Below, piece after piece: positions 35,252-46,779 of a DNA stretch of 64,000 nt (positions are counted from its first letter, which is position 1; each line of letters opens with the position of its first letter). Location of the stretch: assembly GCF_009834535.1 (NCBI RefSeq), contig NC_045710.1:16492001-16556000 (forward strand), written 5' to 3'. The DNA is from Camelus ferus (taxonomy: Eukaryota). Under the pieces are notes generated by a model. It was not told the DNA's origin. It did not search any database and saw only the letters and a program-made list of their open reading frames with translations. A program made the translations under genes and the position numbers.

Positions 35252-38135
35252 CCAATCCTCTAGCCTCAAAGCAGCTTCTCGGACATAGAGGAATGCTCCT
35301 CACACATCTTTCCTTCACTTGAATCTACTCCCAACTAGACAGAGTCTGTATGCCTGCTTCAGGGGCATTTAAAGTCTTCAGGATTCCTCATGATCTTTAC
35401 TAAATACATTAAGAAAAACGTCAACTAGTGTCCTTTTGTGACCTTGGACATGTAGTCACCTAATTAAAATAGATAACATGAATTCTGACTCTCAAATGTA
35501 TAGACATAAATGCTCTGTCTAAATAGGGCAGGTTTCATATCTCATGATCAATGATGGGAGCCTTTCATTCCTCAAAAATAATCCATTTTTAGGTCATCAA
35601 TAAAGCAACAACTAACCACTGCAGCACACGATGCAGTATCTTCATGAGCCCAGAGCACACAGAGATCCCAAGGGAACTCCCACAGGACAGTGCTCATTCT
35701 TGGGCCACTGAAACAGATAAAATACATCCCATTCTGCATAATAGCACTGGGGAGGCAACTTTCCTCTTCCACGAAATAACAAAAGCTCCCTAAGTGTTAT
35801 TGCTCCCACCCCAAAATACACAGTAAACAGAGAAAAGGATATATCCAATGCTTGGCCTTAAAAAAATTTAAATGTTGGTACTCATAGTGGCATATTAGAA
35901 ACTAGAATAATCAACAGTGCTTATTGGGGGACAAATCGCGTATTGAGCCAATTAAGAGCTCACTGTGATTAGGATTAGATCAAACATAACAGCAAAATAT
36001 AAGCAATTCTGAATTCTGCAATGAATATACATGTTGCAATAACATTAGAAAAGCACGGCAGCCCATTCCAAACCAGCGAGAATAGTTTGTGCAAATAGTG
36101 GGTCTTTGTGTGTTTGAACTCCCACCATGTTAAGGGCAAACTCAATATGCATGCTAATGACCTACAATTACCAAATTAAAAAGGAAGAAAAAAGCTAAAG
36201 GATGCCAGAGTGAACAGCAGGGAAAGCCACACAAAGACCCACTATCCTTTAACTTGTTACAAATAAGTTTTAACTGTAAATTAGAAACACAAAGAAATAA
36301 TCACAAGTGGCTCTAACATTCGAACGAAGTTAATGAATTGTGTAGGAGATATTTGATCAGGGCTGCCTGCCCTGCCTCCACGCTAGAGTCAAACTTGGAT
36401 AGTGGGTCTCTGGGGTGCTTTCACACTGGAAGACAACATTGGGTCCTATAAAAAGAAAAATGAGGAATAAAATGAACATAAAGCAAATCAAGTGGGTGAA
36501 AAAAATTCGACTAATTACATGCAACATCAACTAAGCAAATTTGAACTATTAAAATTCTCAACCTTTGAAAAAATATCCTAACTACATAATAAATTGAAAA
36601 TACTATTTATAAGGGCTCCAGAAACACAAATTACAGTCTAATACGCTACTCTAATACTCTTGCACTCCTGGCTGTTCTTCCTTTAGAACAGCTTTTATCT
36701 ATTCTTTATAGCCATTATTATATAAGACTTAATTGGAAAAAAGTGTTCCACCACTGGGAAACAAGATAAACAACAACAAAACATTTGGAAAACTATCACT
36801 TTACATTGCAGACACTATAAAAGCCAAATGTAATGACATACTGGAATGCCTCCAGGGATCACTTAACCAAAGATTTTCCAGACCCAATAGGTATGAAAAG
36901 TACTTTCCTCTCTCAGGTCCAGGAAAGACACCTAAGGTATTCCTAATTAATCAGATAAACCAGTCAGCACTGAAAACTGCCAAACCATCAGCAGGGTTTA
37001 AAAATGGTTGTTCATTTTGGTAATCCAAATTGTTATAATTTTCTTTACTACCTCTCCTAAAACCCTGATATATTTTGGGGAATGATCAAACCATAAAAAA
37101 CTGGATTCCACCTCCAAACCGGGAAATTCAGTTGCTTTATCTAAAGGAAAGTCTTCTCTCAAAATCAGAATTATCTTTACACGCTCTAGAGTGAAAATAA
37201 TGCACTAATATTTCAAAATTATAGATACAGTACAAAGTAAATTCATAACACTTGCAATGAATCATAAACATCTCATCTTTGGGTTACCATTTATATGTTC
37301 TTAGAAGCTAAGTTAAAATGAAAGGCTAAAGCTTTTAGATAATTTCACAAGAATGATAAAGATACAAATCATGCTGTATTTTATTTTAAAAAAAAGACAA
37401 AAAAATCAAAAGGATGGGCAAAAGTGACATCCATCTTATAAAGGTAACAAATATTTCCAAGTATGGCTTATTCTCTAATTATTAATACCGTCAAATATAA
37501 GAAAGGCTAGGTAACTACCAAGAGATAATTTTATGTAACACCAAATCTCATCCTTTGAGAGCTGGACCTTAATCTAAAAATAGTGAAGCAGATCTTGATT
37601 CATGTATCTCTTGTGGAATAAGTTATCTATCTAAAAAGAATCACCTGATGAGAGTTTTGTAAACAAACTATTTATAAAATAAATTTTAAAATTTTCTTTT
37701 AAATTTTCTTCTAACCTGAATGATACATCAAAATGTAGGAAATAAATGAGAAGGTTGCCAAATTAATAGCACCTGTACACTAAAAGGGTCCTTTTGAATA
37801 GGACAATAGGGTAATTGCTGGCTACTTTTTATTAAGATGAAAAAGGCTGGTAGAAAGGGAAGACCACAATCCTAACAAAGAATCTGTAAAAGAATTACAA
37901 CTTTTTTCAGATAAAGTCTGTTAGTAAGGTCTGAAGCTAGGAAAAAAGTATTTAAAATAAAGCAGTATAATTTTTGATTTTGTGAAGTTTCCTTTTATAT
38001 TTTCTTACTCTAAGCATTAATATACATTTGCTAAGAGTGCTGAGTTTAAGATCTGATGCATAACAGTAATGAATGCAGTGCTGCATATTAAAGCTTTTGC
38101 ACCAGTTAAGAAGTAAATAGTTTGACATTACTCAC

Positions 38136-38327
38136 ACTGTTGACTTGGATCTGTGTCTGTCGTCATCTTGACATAGTTTGAAGGAAAAAGACCAGTCACC
38201 CCATTGATTTCTCCTTGCCACCAGTCAGGATCATCTTTGTTCAAAACATTAATAAGTTGTCCCTTGGAGAAATTTAGCTCATCCTCATTATTCGCTACAT
38301 AGTCATACATGGCGATCACCTGACACA
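38136..38327 (-). CDS. ITSN2: ITSN2 exon, SH3E ([23 protein letters not shown]...TTDTDPSQQ)
   Basis: tttctggtag acceptor, T|gtgagt donor, 192 nt. SH3 motifs AMYDY, WW and GLFPSNYV are present. Confidence 0.97.
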
Positions 38328-38722
38328 CTACCAGAAAAAGAACAACAAAGTAACACATTAAACAAAATAATTATTCCTATAAGGATCACACATAAAAATA
38401 CGGCTAAAATTTCCCTTTAGCTGTTCTCTCTCACTCTCCTTCCCCTGTTGCCTGTTTTATAAAAACAAGAATTTTTCCAACTGCAGTAGAAATCAAAGTG
38501 AACTGCTTTGCTTTAAAGTATGATGGCCTAGCAATTTAAAAATTTCAAGGAGTGAGGTGGTTCAAGTATCACTGAATAGTTGGAATTATAAAATTACTTT
38601 GAGGCAGAGGTAAGGAAAGGAAAAATTTAAAAATATTTTTCAAAGAATCAGCTCATCTAAGAAGTTGCTGAGTTTTAACAAAACTTCTCTAAGATGAAAT
38701 ACAAGTTAACCCATTTCCATAC

Positions 38723-38819
38723 CAGGATGAAAGGCAGGTGTAGTTCTTTCACTACTTGGACCCAGAAGTTTAACATGGCTGGCAGGAAACCATCCTTTCT
38801 GTCGCTTTTTTCCTCTGGC
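38723..38819 (-). CDS. ITSN2: ITSN2 exon, SH3D end ([32 protein letters not shown])
   Basis: ttttgtag acceptor, G|gtatgg donor, 97 nt. Confidence 0.96.
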
Positions 38820-38924
38820 CTACAAAATTAGCAAATAAGTAAATAAATAAATTATATATATAAAAAAGATGAGACTAAAGACAATTATTGAGACATAAAC
38901 TAAAAATGAGAAAAACTCTGGCTG

Positions 38925-39483
38925 TGTAGTAAAGAATTTAACTTTGTCCAAAGAGAGGTCTGATCTTTGCATTTGGCTGCGGGAAGGTAATCTCTAAACC
39001 TCTGGAATGTCTTGACTGTTAACAGTGTCTCAGTTTACATGGGGGCCTTAACTATACCATATAGTCTAATAACATGACTTATGGTGGGAACTCTGGGTCA
39101 CATTGTATGAACACGGCCTCTGGAGGGACTGGAGACTGAGTTAGGCCATGCAGGCAGTCAATCATGGCTATATGATAGAGCCCCAATAAAAACTCTGGAA
39201 ACCAAGGCTCAAGTGAGCTTCTTTGCTCGGCAATACTCCATGTGTATTGTTGCCAGGAGGATTTAATGCTATCCATGGTTCCACTGGGAGAGGATGACTG
39301 GAAGCTCTGTGTTTGGAATCATCCTGAACTCTGCCCCATACAGCTCTTCCCTTGGCTAATTTTAATCTAAATCCTTTTGCTGTAATAAACCATAACCATG
39401 AGTAGAATAGCTTTCAGTGAGTTCTGAGTCCTTATGGCGAATTACTGAACTCAAGAGTGGCCTTGGGGACCTCCAAACTTACA
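38925..39483 (+). mobile_element. Solo LTR, MER21-like (ERVL group)
   Basis: Starts tgtagtaaagaatt, contains ccccaataaaaactctgg and gctgtaataaaccataaccatgag, ends gagttctgagtcc...ggccttggggacctccaaacttaca. Family assigned from recall. Confidence 0.75.
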
Positions 39484-40586
39484 ATCAGCGTCAGAAGCGA
39501 GGTGTCTTGGGAACACCTGAATCCTGCACTGGCCGTCCAGGTCAATGGTAAACAACTGGAAGACTCAACATGCCTCTCAAAGCGCTGCTCAAAGTGCTAT
39601 CTGTAGGAGTCTATTTGGAGATCTTCCAGGCTCAAAGTTCTTGCATATTTCACACAAACAGTATTTACAAACTAAAAAGACTTCTCAGGCATTCCCTTAG
39701 TAAGTTCAAGTCAATACCTAAATCGATACAGCTCACAGTAAATACCTCTTGGGGCTTTGTCAATAATTAATCAGGCAATCATAAATAAAATTTGTGGAAA
39801 GCCATGTTTCCCAGTTAGTCGGGTCAGTCATCAAAGCAAATCAGAAGTTGAAATTTCAGGGGGTTATTCAAGAAGACACTGAATTTTGAACCTCCACAGT
39901 TCTTTAGAAACTGTAAGACTCTGACTTGTAAGAATGAAGTTAAGTCAATCCTTCATATTACAATCATAAATCCAGCTCTTTTACCTGTCATCATCTGTTA
40001 TCCTAAAATGCTTTTTAGTTTTAACCAGTAAGGAGATTATAGGAGTGAGAAATGAACTCTCTGTATCAAAACATATGCAATTACTGTCTCTGTTAACATT
40101 TTATGAAAAAAACCAGGCTTATTAACTCCTACTGTTTCTTTCCTTACACTGCTGTTTCAAAAATATAAGACTGTAGGGGGACAGCCCAATGGGTTGTTAT
40201 TTTCTCAGCATACAACCTGGATTATGTTTTTTTGTTTTTTGTTTTTCTCCTAGAAGCTATACTGCAAGACTCGGGTTATCCCAGGCAAAGATGATGCTAA
40301 GCTTTCCTTTAAGAAGGTGACCTGTGGTTTATTAAAGCAGGTATTATTGGAAAACAATTATGTCCTTAGAGAAAATGATTCTTCATATTGTTATTTATAA
40401 CATCAACTGTGCTAGAAATAAACAGGAAAAAGACTAGAGAGAAACATAATACCCTAAAATGATAGTATTCATTATCTCCAAGTGGTATGATTATAGGTGA
40501 TCTAAATTTTTCATTAATCTTATTTTTCTAGTGAGCATGCATTACTTTTACAATAAAATTAATAAATGTTAATTAAAGATTGTTAC

Positions 40587-40708
40587 CTGTAACTCCCCTT
40601 GCCACCACCCACTTGTATTTTTCTTTAGAATTAATATCAACTGTCCTGGTGCAAGGCTAAGCTGTTCAGATCCAGAAGCCATGTATGCTGAAGTTACCTG
40701 AGCAATCT
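40587..40708 (-). CDS. ITSN2: ITSN2 exon, SH3D start ([23 protein letters not shown]...GWWQGELQ)
   Basis: ttcttttcag acceptor, CAG|gtaaca donor, 122 nt. Confidence 0.96.
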
Positions 40709-40790
40709 CTGAAAAGAAGAAAAATAAGAAACTATGAATTCAAGACTACTAAACACTTTAGTAGTTTTTCAGCTTCATTATTATACATAC

Positions 40791-40836
40791 CAGGTTTCTT
40801 GTTTGATGTTCCAGATTTGCTAGCACTCCCAAAACT
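40791..40836 (-). CDS. ITSN2: ITSN2 small linker exon (SFGSASKSGTSNKKP)
   Basis: ttccttacag acceptor, G|gtatgt donor, 46 nt. Keeps the frame between SH3C and SH3D. Confidence 0.93.
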
Positions 40837-41461
40837 CTGTAAGGAAAAGATACACGGTTTTATCATTTTCTAATTCAGATGTGAAAGTACAAAGGCTATT
40901 TAGAATTAGAGATTTCTAATTTCCAGGATTCTTGTTTCTTTAAAGTAAGAGCAAAATGATGATTAACCTTATATTAATCAAGTAAGTTAAGAAACATATT
41001 TATGGGGAGATCTGGTTCTAACAGAATAAATTACATACAAGTAGCTGATGTTGGCATCCAATGACTCAACAGGAGTAACTAATTTTCTGAATCTTTTCTG
41101 AATATTAAATGTGACCATCCAGGACAAATACATTTCATTTATCGACGGGGCTAGCATCAATGCCCACCACATACAACGTATGTGCTCTGGGTCTGTTAAG
41201 GAATATGTGAGTTTTGTTCCTGCATAGGAAACAATGTTTCTATTTTTAATTTTTTGCCATGTTCCTCCTGAACCTGACCTAATAACAAAAAATGCATACT
41301 CTAGCAACCTGTGACCTGTTTGACTTTACAAGATAAGTTGGGCCAACCACATTTCCTCTTTTGGGGAATCTGAACAAGACAAGAGAAGGGGTTAAATTTT
41401 TTTTTTTTCTTAGTGAACACAGCTGTAGTAAAAGAACTGAAGCAGAGTCAGTTGATGGTAG

Positions 41462-41672
41462 TCAATAGCTAACATTTTTGAGTACTTACTATGTAACAAG
41501 TACTGTTCTAAGAATTTTACATATATTCACTTAGCTTATTTTGCAGTAACACTATAAGTAATTATCATTATCCCCAACTTACAGAGAAGGAAACAAGCAC
41601 ACAAAGGTGAAGTAACTTGTCCAAGGTCACCTAGCCTCTAAGTATTAGAGCCGGAAGCCAACCTAAGCAGTC
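41462..41672 (-). mobile_element. MIR
   Basis: aatagctaacatttttgagtacttactatgt...gaagtaacttgtccaaggtcac. Confidence 0.75.
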
Positions 41673-41674
41673 TC

Positions 41675-42676
41675 AGTGTTTCTCAATGTGAGGTTTGTGG
41701 ATCCCAGATGTCTGGGAGATAAAACTTTTCATAATAGTACTAAGACATTGTTATTCGCCTCTTTTGCTGTATTAACATTTACACGGGTGGGTAAAATTGC
41801 TGATGCCTTAGCATGAATTACAAAGGTGGTGCCAAATTATAACACTAGTAGCCACAGCACACAGCCACGCGCTCAAAGTGAAACAAAGCCAGTGTCACCT
41901 AAGAATGTCCTTGACCTAGCAGTAAAAATTTTATTAAATCTTAATCCTCAGATACACATCTTTTTAAAAGTCTGCTGCCTAAGTGAAGTGTGTCCGGAGA
42001 TTTCTGCTGCACACTGAAGTACAAGAGTCGTCTCAAGGAACAGCCTCAGGTGATCAAACTATGAACTAAACTAGGTTTTTCATGAACAACATTTTTATTT
42101 GAAAGAATGACTTAATGACAAATTATTCCTACTTGAGATTTAGCAGACATCTGCTCAAAGATCAATGAAGTAAGTCTGCCACTTCATGCAAAAACTGCTG
42201 ACAGGATTTTTACCAATGATAAAACTCAAGCTTTCAAGGGAAAACTGTACTTCTGTTTTCTTTCATATCTGTGTGGGGTTGAATTGTCTTCATATACTTC
42301 AACCAAAAGAACATGTTGCAACAGGATGAACATGGAAATGGTGTGAGACTTTAGCTGTCTTGAACTAAGCCAAACACTAACGAGATTTTTTTAAGTATAA
42401 AATAATAACCACTCTTCACTAAACTTTTTTTTGGGGGAGAGCAGGGGATATTACATAGTTGTTTTTCATTAAAAGCAAGTTATTTATGTTAACATACAAT
42501 GGGTTTAATTTTGTTATTTCAAAATGAATTTATACATTTTTTTAAAATTTCAGTTTTAATTTCTAATATGGAAAATATCACTAGATATAACCCATATATT
42601 TTCAGAAACTTTCAAGTCCCCAGTAAATTTTAAGAATGTAAAAAGTTCCTGAAACCAGAAAGTCCGAGAGCTGCTG
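41675..42676. mobile_element. Charlie1-like hAT DNA transposon relic
   Basis: Starts cagtgtttctcaa and ends gtcc...gaaaccagaaagtccgagagctgctg. Internal text resembles Charlie1 (aagaatgtccttgacctagcagtaaaaatt). Confidence 0.65.
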
Positions 42677-43070
42677 TACTATATATACTATATATATTGG
42701 TGAGACAAAAAGCAACAGGAACTCAGAGTGTGGGCTCAGTCACATTACTGTCACAGCCTTAAAGATTTACAGACTTCTTCAAGGTTGTTCCTTTGCAAGC
42801 CTCCCTGAATCCAAACCATTTTCTAACTTTCATTACCATGAGGCCCAGCCCTACCTATGGCTCTTGTTCTTAGGATTTCATGAAATCATTTCTCCCTTCT
42901 CTCTGTAACAGGATCCCCATAACAAACAGTATTTTACTGGAGCTACCCTAAGTAGTTTCCTTGTAACCAAAGCAGCCTGACCAAAACCATATACGTGTGT
43001 CTCTGTTTTAAATATGAACCTTGATCAACAGGAATGGAATGATTCTGTTTCTATATCAAAATAACGCTAC

Positions 43071-43237
43071 CTCTTGATCTTTTGGTTTGACATAATTTGA
43101 CGGAAAAATTCCAGTTCGATCGCCAATACTTCCTGTCCACCATTCTCCATCTTTCTGGGTCACCAATATTTCTTCACCTTCAGTGAAAGTCAAATCTCCA
43201 GGTTCTACACTTGAATATGGATAAAGTGCAATATACT
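43071..43237 (-). CDS. ITSN2: ITSN2 exon, SH3C ([23 protein letters not shown]...[14 protein letters not shown])
   Basis: ccctacag acceptor, GAG|gtagcg donor, 167 nt. Confidence 0.97.
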
Positions 43238-43467
43238 CTGTAGGGAACAAAGCAAAAAGAAACTAATTTTGGTTGTAAGATTACAGATTATGTTAATCTC
43301 CAAGATCTTGAGTAAATCAAAAGACCTCGTGACTTAAGGAAACCTAAATGTAAAGAAACGTTAAGGTAGAAAACAGAATGAAGTAATTATTTAACAATTT
43401 CTTAGGAAAAGATTAAGTTTTTGATTTGTTATAAAGCTTTATTACAGGATTTTTTCCCCAGTTGTGT

Positions 43468-43500
43468 TATCATCACCATCATCATAATCATCATCATCAT
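43468..43500. repeat. Imperfect (CAT)n trinucleotide repeat
   Basis: tatcatcaccatcatcataatcatcatcatcat. Confidence 0.85.
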
Positions 43501-44134
43501 ATCAGAGAATAACCCCAAAGCTACAAATGGTTATCAGTATCTCTACAGAGTCAAGACATGGAACAATTCATTTATAAACCTACTATTAAATAAAAATACT
43601 GTCTGAAGTAAGGTTAGAGAGCTTTCATCTGTCAGTACATGATGAAAATTAAGATAATCACTCAAATAACCCAAAGGGCTATACAAATTTTCTTTGTAGT
43701 ATTTATGATAAAGTGCACCTTGATTTCAAATCCTCTTAATGATTTATGTGGTACACTGTAAAATGCAATTTGTGAACCTCTAAATGTACTGAAATTTACT
43801 TATATTTTAAACATCTATAACCTAGTATATAATAAATGGAAAACAAAATACTTCGTGCTATCTCACTGAAACACTTTTTATTAATGATCTTATTTATCGA
43901 GGCAGTCTACGCTGAATTTTTGTAGTACTGATTTTATAAAAGTGTCAAGTATCTTCAGCCATATATTTTTCTATATTCTTAATATTTGTGTGAAATAGAG
44001 AGGGAGCAGGTTTTCGTAACCTCACTTTAACACTGAAGGAAAAAAAGCAAGGGGAGTAACAACTGTAGGAAGTCAGACAACCAGTCAATCGCTAATTTGA
44101 CGTCCATCTAATTTACAAATTGCCAAAAGCTCAC

Positions 44135-44199
44135 CTTCTCCCACTGTACAGGCTGCAGAGGTAGGTTTCTTGTTTATAGCTGCATACAAAGCTTCTGGT
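44135..44199 (-). CDS. ITSN2: ITSN2 linker exon (PEALYAAINKKPTSAACTVGE)
   Basis: tttggcag acceptor, G|gtgagc donor, 65 nt. Confidence 0.95.
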
Positions 44200-46187
44200 C
44201 TGCCAAATAAACATACAAACAGGTAAGAAAAAATAGTGAAACAACAAAAAAAGACATCAACAAGCAAAAAAGCAAGAAACGTGATGTGATGAACACAGCA
44301 GGTGTTGTGAGTACATTCTTTTAAGAGCCAAAATTAATTGAAATACTGTCTCAATACACAGGCTAGAAATAGCCTCATGTACAAAATTCTAGTGGATTAA
44401 GAACTGTCAAAGTTACAAACTTCAAAAAATTTTAAATCTATTAAAGTAATTTCAATATAATTTATAAATAGTTTTCTCAAATGTGAGATATTTTGCCTTT
44501 CTAAGGTAACTTAAAAGATACGACGCATTGGTAAATGGGCAATTACTTAGTAAAGCACATATGGGACTTGGCTTGGTTTAGGGAAAAACAAGGGTAATAC
44601 ATAACTTTTACTACTTGTTTAGAGCACAGTACATTTAAAAAATACATAACAATAACAGAACTTAATTTTTACATTTTTGTGGGGTTTTTTTATTTTTACA
44701 TTTTGGAACATGTATAGCTTTTATTTCCAATTTAACCCAGGAAACTGTTTCAAAAACCTAGAAGACTGTGGAATTTAAGAACTAGATAGACATCTGTAGG
44801 ATACAGGTGTCACAGGGCTCCCCAGGACCTGTGAGTAAATTATATAGTGAGACAGTTTTCAGGTGACCAGAGTGGAACCTTACGACATGGGCACGCTGAA
44901 TGAACTGCCTTGTTTAGTGCAGAATTCTCTGTTACTGCAGGTTTTCAAGTTACATGCCTTACCTGTTAGAAAAGATCGGTAACTGAACAACAAGTTAGGA
45001 GAAATGTCCTTAAAGACATTTAAACTTAATCTCTTTGTGTTGAAGTTTTCCTTCCCCGTAACATGTTATGGAGTTTACATGAGATGTTTCTATAAAGGAT
45101 GGAGCGCAGTGCCAGTCTACACATCAGCCATGTACTACTGTTGTATTCTATGTCCGACTGAAAAGTCAATTCCTGCATTTGAACTAAAAACTGATATACA
45201 GAATCTTAGCACTGAAAGGATTCTTAAAGATTTTTTTAGTTTATTATTTTCATTCAATCAATTAAAAAGCTAAAGGCCAAGTGGGTTATCCCACACAGTC
45301 TGGTAAAAACAGCAGAATCAGAACTCGAGGCTCTTTATTTCCAAAGACCCCTGTTCCTTTTCGTTAAATCATATTGCTTTTCTATTTAGATCAACTTCCA
45401 TATAAAACACAAGCAACAGTTACCCACAGCTGTATTACAGCACTTAAAAGTCTTTGTATTAAAGATGTTTGATGACCTGACTCCCCTACAGGCTGGGAAA
45501 TAAAGGCCAGAGACCTTATCTGGTTTTGTTTTTTGGTTCATGTGAAAGTTCATTCATTTGGTTGTACTTTCATTTGCTCCTCTCCTCAGTTGTGGAACTA
45601 ATATGACTGAGCAGCTACTATGCATTAAGGTAAGATGCATTAGGTATGAAAAAACTGAAAAACGAACAAAAAAGATGTGGATCCCATGCTCCTGGGGCTT
45701 ATGACCTAACAAAGGATATAGGCAAGGAGGTAAATAACTACAACCCAGTGTGTATGAGCAGTAAGGAAGGTGATGTTCAAGGACCTCTGGAGGCCCAGAG
45801 ATGGGAAAGCCCCACTCTGGCAAAGGGGAGGCCTTCAGTAAAGATTCGTCTAAATATTGACAATTTATAGTAAACAATAAGGGAGAAATGCTCTAGAGGA
45901 AATGAAAAGTAACTTCTCTAATTGACCTGATGCTACAAAGAAAGCAGGAGATCTAAAATTTTAAGCACCCTGAAAACTTTAGGAATCTAAAGTAACCAGA
46001 ATAAAAGATATTTTCAAACTAGTATGAATATCTGAAGCGTGACCTTTTTTTCACTCTAGGAATTACCCTTCTGATATTCGGACTCAAGCATAAACTTTTA
46101 TTTCCTGCACAGCCAGTCAGATGACGGCTGACTCACCAGTGAAAACACCAACATCCACACCTTGTGTAAACACATAAAAATGCTTAC

Positions 46188-46393
46188 TCTTCCCGCTTGA
46201 CCTCACTCCCAGGGATGATTTNNNNNNNNNNNNNNNNNNNNNNNNNNNNNNNNNNNNNNNNNNNNNNNNNNNNNNNNNNNNNNNNNNNNNNNNNNNNNNN
46301 NNNNNNNNNNNNNNNNNNNNNNNNNNNNNNNNNNNNNNNNNNNNNNNNNNNNNNNNNNNNNNNNNNNNNNNNNNNNNNNNNNNNNACCTGTCC
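46188..46393 (-). CDS. ITSN2: ITSN2 SH3B exon, mostly hidden in a gap (GQV...[N]...IIPGSEVKRE)
   Basis: Acceptor ttcacag|GGACAGGT at 46394-46395 and donor GA|gtaagc at 46186-46187. The 206-nt span keeps phase with both neighbours. Confidence 0.9.
46222..46385. other. Assembly gap (164 N) inside a coding exon
   Basis: Run of N. Confidence 1.
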
Positions 46394-46779
46394 CTGTGAA
46401 TACAAAATCACAAAATTAAAAAAAAAACAAAAACAACAGTAACCATGATTTCTGTTTCCTAGTATAAAACATACTTACTGTTCAGATAGCAGACCATTTT
46501 GATGTGGTGGTGACTTATTATCAATGGTGACTTAAGATAACTAATCTACTAAGTAGCCTAGAATTATATATGACAGACAACCATCTGAATAGCCTTTTAA
46601 GACCCAACGCCTACCATTCAAGGAGACATCTTGGCCTTAAGCACCACTGGTAATGGGAGGTAAACACTGGATACTCAAGAAGTGTATTCACAGATCCATC
46701 AACTATATATCCCAGAACAAATGAAAAGGGGAACCTTTTTTTCCCTCCAGTTTCCAAAGTCTCCTCACAGCAGCGGACT

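Larger units (their letters stand above)
33175..36445 (-). other. ITSN2: ITSN2 short-isoform terminal exon (2 nt completing the stop, then ~3.27 kb 3' UTR)
   Basis: Strong acceptor cctcatttttctttttatag at 36446-36447. The first bases GA join the terminal T of the SH3E exon to give TGA, so the protein ends ...DPSQQ*, as in intersectin short isoforms. The 3' end is inferred from ATTAAA at 33194-33199 plus a downstream GT/T-rich tract. Confidence 0.8.
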
